From NCBI GenBank assembly GCA_020137815.1, contig CM035352.1, positions 8,804,001-8,868,000 of the forward strand: a stretch of 64,000 bases of DNA. The letters are read 5' to 3'. Source of the DNA: Hormiphora californensis. Taxonomy: Eukaryota; Animalia; Ctenophora. This document shows positions 61,001 to 64,000 of the stretch, piece after piece (the stretch's first letter is position 1; the number at the start of each line of letters is the position of its first letter). The translations under genes and the position numbers were made by a program. Below the pieces are notes generated by a model, which saw only the letters and a program-made list of their open reading frames with translations, made no database searches and was not told where the DNA came from.

Positions 61001-62927
61001 TCCTGTCTGTTGTGCATCAGCGTCTTCTTGGCCTGCTGTACTACCTTACATATCTCAGCCAGTGTCTCACTGGCCTGTGGAGGGCAGTTCGTGTGCTTCA
61101 TTAGCGTCGCTGTTAGGAGTGTTCCGAGCCTAGGAAATATTGGTTAATTAGTTAATTGGTTAATTGAAACGCCCTATTGAGACAGTGTTCACTGAACACT
61201 GTTCAGGCTGTCCCGTGTGTGATCCTCCAAAAGAAACAGAGGATAGCCGATTATCATTAGAAACGGTGCACGTTTGCAGCTCGCTTCACGCGGCTGGTAG
61301 TATAGGGGTGTGAAATACACGAAAATATAACCTGGAACAGACTCACTTTTCCAAGGGATGGTCAGGGGATGCCTTGGGTAGTATGAACCGTTTCTGTTGC
61401 TGTTCAAGTGTTCGGAGGAACGCCTGGACTTCCTCCGTGTCAGTTCCATCCACCAGATTCCGCAGAAACTCAGTCTGGGTGTCCGTCAGTGCTTCTTCCA
61501 GTTCTGTGACAAGAAAAGGATGTTACCAGATCAAAATATATACTAGATGGACTTTACAATCTGAGAGCAAGACGGGGTATTTGCTCAGTACCCTAACAAA
61601 CGCATGCAGTACGGCAAATAATATGTTTGTATCAGAATTCTCAGAATGAATAGCTGGGGTATAGCAGTTAATTGTAAATCACGACATATTAATTACCTAC
61701 CCATGCCCTGAGAGAAAATGTCCTGTTGAAGGTAGGACTGTACAGCGACCTCGTCTGCAGTAACTGTCTCTGAATGCATCAACTCCTTCGCAATCAAACC
61801 CTATATTGTAGGGAAATGTGGTATCAGACCCCACTCACATGAAGATACTTCGTGTATCAGCACCAGAAGGAGATATCAAAATTACTATTTACTTCCTCAA
61901 TTAAGATACTGACATACTGATTGTAAAATATTATAAAGAAATGATTATTCGGCAACAAGATCAACTCACCAGTAGGCTGCCGAGGTACCGTTGAATGTCA
62001 ATACAATGATACAGTACCTCCCTCTCCTCCGACTCCTCCTCCTTCTCCTCCATCACCCCCACTAGGTAGGACTGTAGGACCTCAGGGGGCTCAGGACAAC
62101 TCGCTGCCCCTTTCCAACGAGTGAGATAATCTAGGGGGTTTTAGACTTTGATTTTCTACGTTGGTCGGTCGAAATATTGTGTAATAGCTACCTAGTTCAT
62201 AGCACAGTTTTACTGCTCAGTTAAACCAAGCTGACCAGGTGGCTGGTAGACACATAAATCAAACAGTCAAACCTCGATATACCGGACCTCGATAACAGAT
62301 TTACGACGAGTCCGGTAAATCGAGGTTTTATACCCCAGTTTAACCTGGAACTACCATGCCATTTTAAGGGTAACAGTTTACCTTCAACTAGCTTGATGTC
62401 CTGAGGAAAGTCTTTAGAAACTGAGAAGAAGTTTGCCACATTGAAGACCCTATTTCCCACCACAGCCCAACTACCATCCTCCTTATGCTCGTGTATCTGT
62501 TGTATTGTTAGGGCGGGAGGACAGCCCGGGCCGGAGGTGTCCACCGCCTGGACGAGGTCGCACAAATCAGCCATTCCAGGGAGTGAGGCTGAGAAGTTGT
62601 TGAGCGCCAGGAGGAGAGTTCGTAGTAGCTCTGTGTTACCTGTGGGAGAGAGGGAGGGAGGGAGAGAGGGAGAGAGGGAGGGAGAAAGTGAGAGAGAGAA
62701 AGTGAGAGAGACAGAGACAGAGAGAGACAGACAGACAGACAGAGAGTGAGAGACCTACATGTCAGTGTGTTCACGGCGGTCCTCTTCAGGTGCAACAGGA
62801 CAAGGTTATTGAGGAAATCAGGTAGAAGGACACCCACCGCGGAGGAGTGGAGAACAGGCATGAGGACGGGAAACAGATCAGGTTTACTTTGAATGATGTC
62901 CGTGAATACTGTCAACACTCGCATGCT
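21014..62927 (-). CDS. HERC2: HERC2 giant E3 ubiquitin ligase; >55 exons in the window, 5' part beyond the window
   Basis: Domain order matches HERC2: cytochrome b5-like (~62400-62570), MIB/HERC2 ([17 protein letters not shown], 59090-59280), CPH (~51730-52480), ZZ (50986-51168), DOC, RLD2 (47940-49730), RLD3 (27690-36060), HECT with catalytic Cys in [27 protein letters not shown] (21633-21728) and [18 protein letters not shown]. Stop inferred at 21014-21016. Confidence 0.95.
21957..22338. mobile_element. Palindromic MITE (~380 bp) with internal AGAGCGCACC repeats
   Basis: AGGAACCATAATAAAGTTCAAGAG ... CTCTTGAACTTTATTATGGTTCCT flanked by TA. Arms pair almost to the centre (~22115). Confidence 0.8.
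23536..25273. mobile_element. Non-autonomous piggyBac-like element with a long internal inverted repeat
   Basis: TTAA at 23532-23535 and 25274-25277. 14-bp TIR CCCTTTGAGGCCCA. Internal IR ~23665-24216 / ~24386-24937. Repeated GGGTCATATATGACCC. Confidence 0.88.
26848..27022. repeat. Intronic minisatellite, ~5 copies of GGGAGAGTTTGTTACTT(T/A)AACTAGGGAGAGAGA
   Basis: Direct tandem copies next to a HERC2 acceptor. Confidence 0.85.
28401..29163 (-). pseudogene. tRNA-Val-like sequence split by an insertion
   Basis: Joining 29163-29139 with 28447-28401 gives CCTCCATGGTGTAGTGGTTATTACA|TCTGCTTGACACGCGGAAGGTCCCGGGTTCGAAACTCGCCCGGACCA followed by T8. A-box and B-box present, anticodon GAC, acceptor stem does not pair. 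Confidence 0.8.
28448..29145 (-). mobile_element. Non-autonomous structured element, copy 2 (diverged subfamily)
   Basis: IR TATGAAACCCGATAG 28448-28462 / CTATCGGGTTTCATA 28923-28937. Four-stem head at 28941-29133. Terminus TATTACATGAAG on the minus strand. Body aligns with 1160-1510. Confidence 0.85.
31962..33445 (+). mobile_element. ORF1-only non-LTR retroelement (CR1/L2-group-like), antisense within a HERC2 intron
   Basis: Short 5' UTR, single ORF1, ~320-bp 3' region ending in a small stem-loop and (GATT)4 tail. Candidate TSD CATTTGT at 31955-31961 and 33446-33452. Confidence 0.75.
32108..33115 (+). CDS. LINE ORF1-like protein (coiled coil plus RRM/CTD-type region), 335 aa
   Basis: Intact ORF with a heptad region followed by [21 protein letters not shown] and [16 protein letters not shown], typical of ORF1p in CR1/L2-group LINEs. 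Confidence 0.8.
   Translation: MDRTFSSWEHGAPDDEIDVADYRKLETSIMGTLRLVGGYPDPNKEGGIFEDKRMVHSYLAKVDTIKKTKFIAEMAGLLWYRALPLIKHARSFIEKQSSSEQLFEQLEEDLSSAKVQLDNAREELLQGHRKISALQDEVSSLKDTVISLKDGMLEKSVNAVQAVVKNEIQSYSTVLESAATAVNQACTSALAPSKIRSAIASASTDRSSNLIVYGLCEDGRSSDSDKVKELFEHLVEAPVLSKTERLGRCMEERVRPVKVVLRSSESVRAILGKAARLKESETFHSVYLAPDRTLEERVERRSLVANLRERRESEPEKVWVIRQGSVVGTEKTESG
33890..33995. repeat. (GA)n microsatellite
   Basis: Direct inspection. Confidence 0.95.
34420..34696 (+). CDS. Putative nested two-exon 59-aa microprotein with N-terminal TM/signal segment (exons 34420-34511, 34609-34696)
   Basis: ATG at 34420, donor GTAAGT at 34512, acceptor TTTTCCAG ending 34608, phases match. Product [59 protein letters not shown]. 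Confidence 0.65.
35490..35710. repeat. Degenerate TATTATAGCCC minisatellite
   Basis: Direct tandem copies adjacent to a HERC2 donor. Confidence 0.8.
36485..37062 (-). repeat. 36-bp tandem array (16 copies) of a HERC2 exon end plus 5' splice site
   Basis: Minus-strand unit GATAAGTGGACTTGGTTTATTGA|GTAAGTAGTGAGC. The true donor is at 37040-37039. Confidence 0.92.
39004..40112. repeat. GA-rich low-complexity intron with a T-depleted non-repetitive core
   Basis: (GA)n tracts at ~39010-39155 and ~39815-40110. The core has very few T on the plus strand. Confidence 0.8.
40983..46794. mobile_element. 5.8-kb non-autonomous Merlin-like element built from TGGCGCCA/TGGCGAC repeats
   Basis: TSD CAGACCGC at 40975-40982 and 46795-46802. 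TIR starts GGTAGTATGAAAGATTAGGTCGTGCGCGCC. Internal nested inverted blocks. No transposase. Confidence 0.9.
42072..43313. mobile_element. Non-autonomous Kolobok-like TTAA element nested in the Merlin-like element
   Basis: TTAA at 42068-42071 and 43314-43317. 12-bp TIR GGGTACGCTAAC. Internal ~450-bp IR ~42212-42665 / ~42845-43303. Confidence 0.75.
50461..50640. repeat. 31-bp minisatellite, ~6 copies (GTGAGACTGGGAGTATCACGCCACCGGTTGC)
   Basis: Head-to-tail copies with no spacers. Confidence 0.92.
51862..51970. mobile_element. 109-bp MITE with AGGAACCGA termini carrying two CCAAT boxes and a GTCACGTGAC E-box
   Basis: AGGAACCGACCGAA...TTCGCTCGGTTCCTG terminal inverted repeat. TSD not resolvable. 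Confidence 0.75.
52495..52659. repeat. 21-bp minisatellite, ~8 copies (CAGTTGTTATAGCAACCAACT)
   Basis: Direct tandem copies filling a small HERC2 intron. Confidence 0.9.
53213..54283 (-). CDS. Intronless rhodopsin-class 7TM GPCR nested in a HERC2 intron
   Basis: 356-aa ORF with seven hydrophobic segments. TM1 PLN, TM2 LAVSDLL, TM3 [13 protein letters not shown] (DRY equivalent), TM7 SAYNPLVR. Confidence 0.88.
   Translation of the reverse strand: MLFGQYRASCLQEGAYPGCSIKTEFLSKTVFTGDYLREQESQPWEYIASYTLGLIMLASWAISTPLNSYLIWFYRRSPLKASTAVFLALAVSDLLTNISHPLVIAYHAFDLNPPEFARNSTFIEEISTFIYVVSSNTSYFLTVVLAALRFYSVVAPFRTPPSLSVITGIIAIIYTGFVGLFFVFVWVGTGHLTRSFWYAWCQRATTVFEGLASQISGSIFESGVVKFLLYLNIITSFLALVASVATVVTLKRVTPNLSSTTNTYSDKASHAILAMSAGSALGIVFVTIYIYYPGIFPALNMTGSFIIAVLTSAYNPLVRIYFGGEIRGELRKMVRSIREKKSSGVTDITLMKTSDI
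56748..57791. mobile_element. 1.04-kb non-autonomous element with GG termini and 8-bp TSD (Merlin-like)
   Basis: TSD CTAACAAC at 56740-56747 and 57792-57799. Termini GGGGGGTGCGACATGTTAATT / AATTAACATGTCGTCCCCCCC. Subterminal TTGTTAAT repeats. Confidence 0.85.
60507..60552. repeat. (TTTG)n microsatellite
   Basis: Direct inspection. Confidence 0.9.
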
Positions 62928-63174
62928 CTGAAACGGGGAGGGGGTTTTGGAGCCAAATTGTAGGGGCTTAGAGGGGTTTGAGAGGGGTTTTGGAGAGGAG
63001 TTGAAAGCCGAGAGGGGTTTTGGAGGGGGATGAAAGGGTGTTGTGGAGAGGGTGTTTGATAGAATCAGGCCCTGATTATCAGGGTAAGCTGCTTTTATAG
63101 AAGGCTATGGAGCTCTCGGTTTATAGTGTCTAGTGGGGGGTTCGGTGTACACATTTCCGGGAGAACAACCCCAT

Positions 63175-64000
63175 AGTAGTATAGTGTGGACCGCTCGCAC
63201 CTGATTCTGTGACGTGGCGGGGCACCAAGTCACGTGACCAACACGTGACGTCACATGGTATCACGTACCTAATACTCTGCTGCTATTGGACGGTTGGTTG
63301 TCACGTGAACACATCACATGACCAAATCATGTGCATCACGTGATTTATCATGTGCCAAGTCACGTGACCAACACGTGATGTGACATGGTATCACGTGACT
63401 GTAGGCACTGATGATCATGTGACCCATGTTATAACCATGTATGGTGAGTCAAGTTATGACCATATATGGTCAATTTGTCTGTACCATGTATGACCATATA
63501 TGTCAATTTGGGATGGATGATCATTTGAAAATATCCAATATATCATTCGTGATTATCAATGATCATTCATGATTATGAGTGATCATTCGATAGTCATTTT
63601 TATAAGACGCAAAAGGGAGACTATTGTTACAAAGTAGGGGAAGTGAAATATTACAAAACATGGCATTACACATCGGCCTCACTTCTTGTTCATCACACCA
63701 CCTCATCCTCAGATGTCTCACTATCGAATTCCTGATCAGTCACATTTTCAACCCTATTTTGATTTTCTCGGATGTTAAAAACCAAACTTGGAAATCTCTT
63801 TTTCGTAAACTTAACAATTAGTTTTTGCTGATTCCAAGGTTTTGTCGTAATCGGTGAGCTTCGCTTCATTGTAGACTATCTCTCTTATACTATCTCTTGC
63901 TGGAAGAAGTTTCTTCTTTTCTTCTAGAGTTAAAATTATCTCTCCATCAAGAACTGCCTTCATCATCAACTTTATTAACCCTTCGTTGTTAGCAAAATCT
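63175..64000. mobile_element. Probable terminus of a Polinton/Maverick-like element running off the window
   Basis: Begins AGTAGT. About 400 bp of short tandem motifs follow (GTCACGTGAC, ATGACCATAT, GATCATTC). Then an intronless minus-strand ORF fragment resembling a small Polinton protein. Confidence 0.4.

Overview
Eukaryotic (animal) genomic DNA with short, repeat-rich introns. It is most likely a ctenophore (Pleurobrachia-like); this rests on my recognition of a 109-bp CAGGAACCGACC MITE and is unverified. The minus strand carries three very tightly packed genes (an unknown EF-hand-like gene, a NEK8-like kinase and androglobin, 3466-14476) and about 42 kb of a HERC2 orthologue (21014-62927, 5' part off-window). 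A small secreted Sushi-domain gene lies on the plus strand. The introns hold a nested set of non-autonomous elements: a 3.8-kb foldback; three GG-terminal/8-bp-TSD (Merlin-like) elements; piggyBac-like and Kolobok-like TTAA elements with long internal palindromes; an ORF1-only LINE; a probable Polinton/Maverick end; a same-strand nested GPCR; and an antisense two-exon 59-aa microprotein gene missed by the ORF track. Most notable: (1) two diverged copies (945-1608 and 28448-29145) of a TSD-less element whose four-stem secondary structure and asymmetric inverted repeat are conserved by compensatory changes, one copy splitting a tRNA-Val-like sequence; (2) repeated tandem duplication of splice junctions, up to 16 stacked donor sites; (3) the ORF1-only retroelement and the hidden microprotein. 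Exon boundaries were read by eye; no database searches were run.
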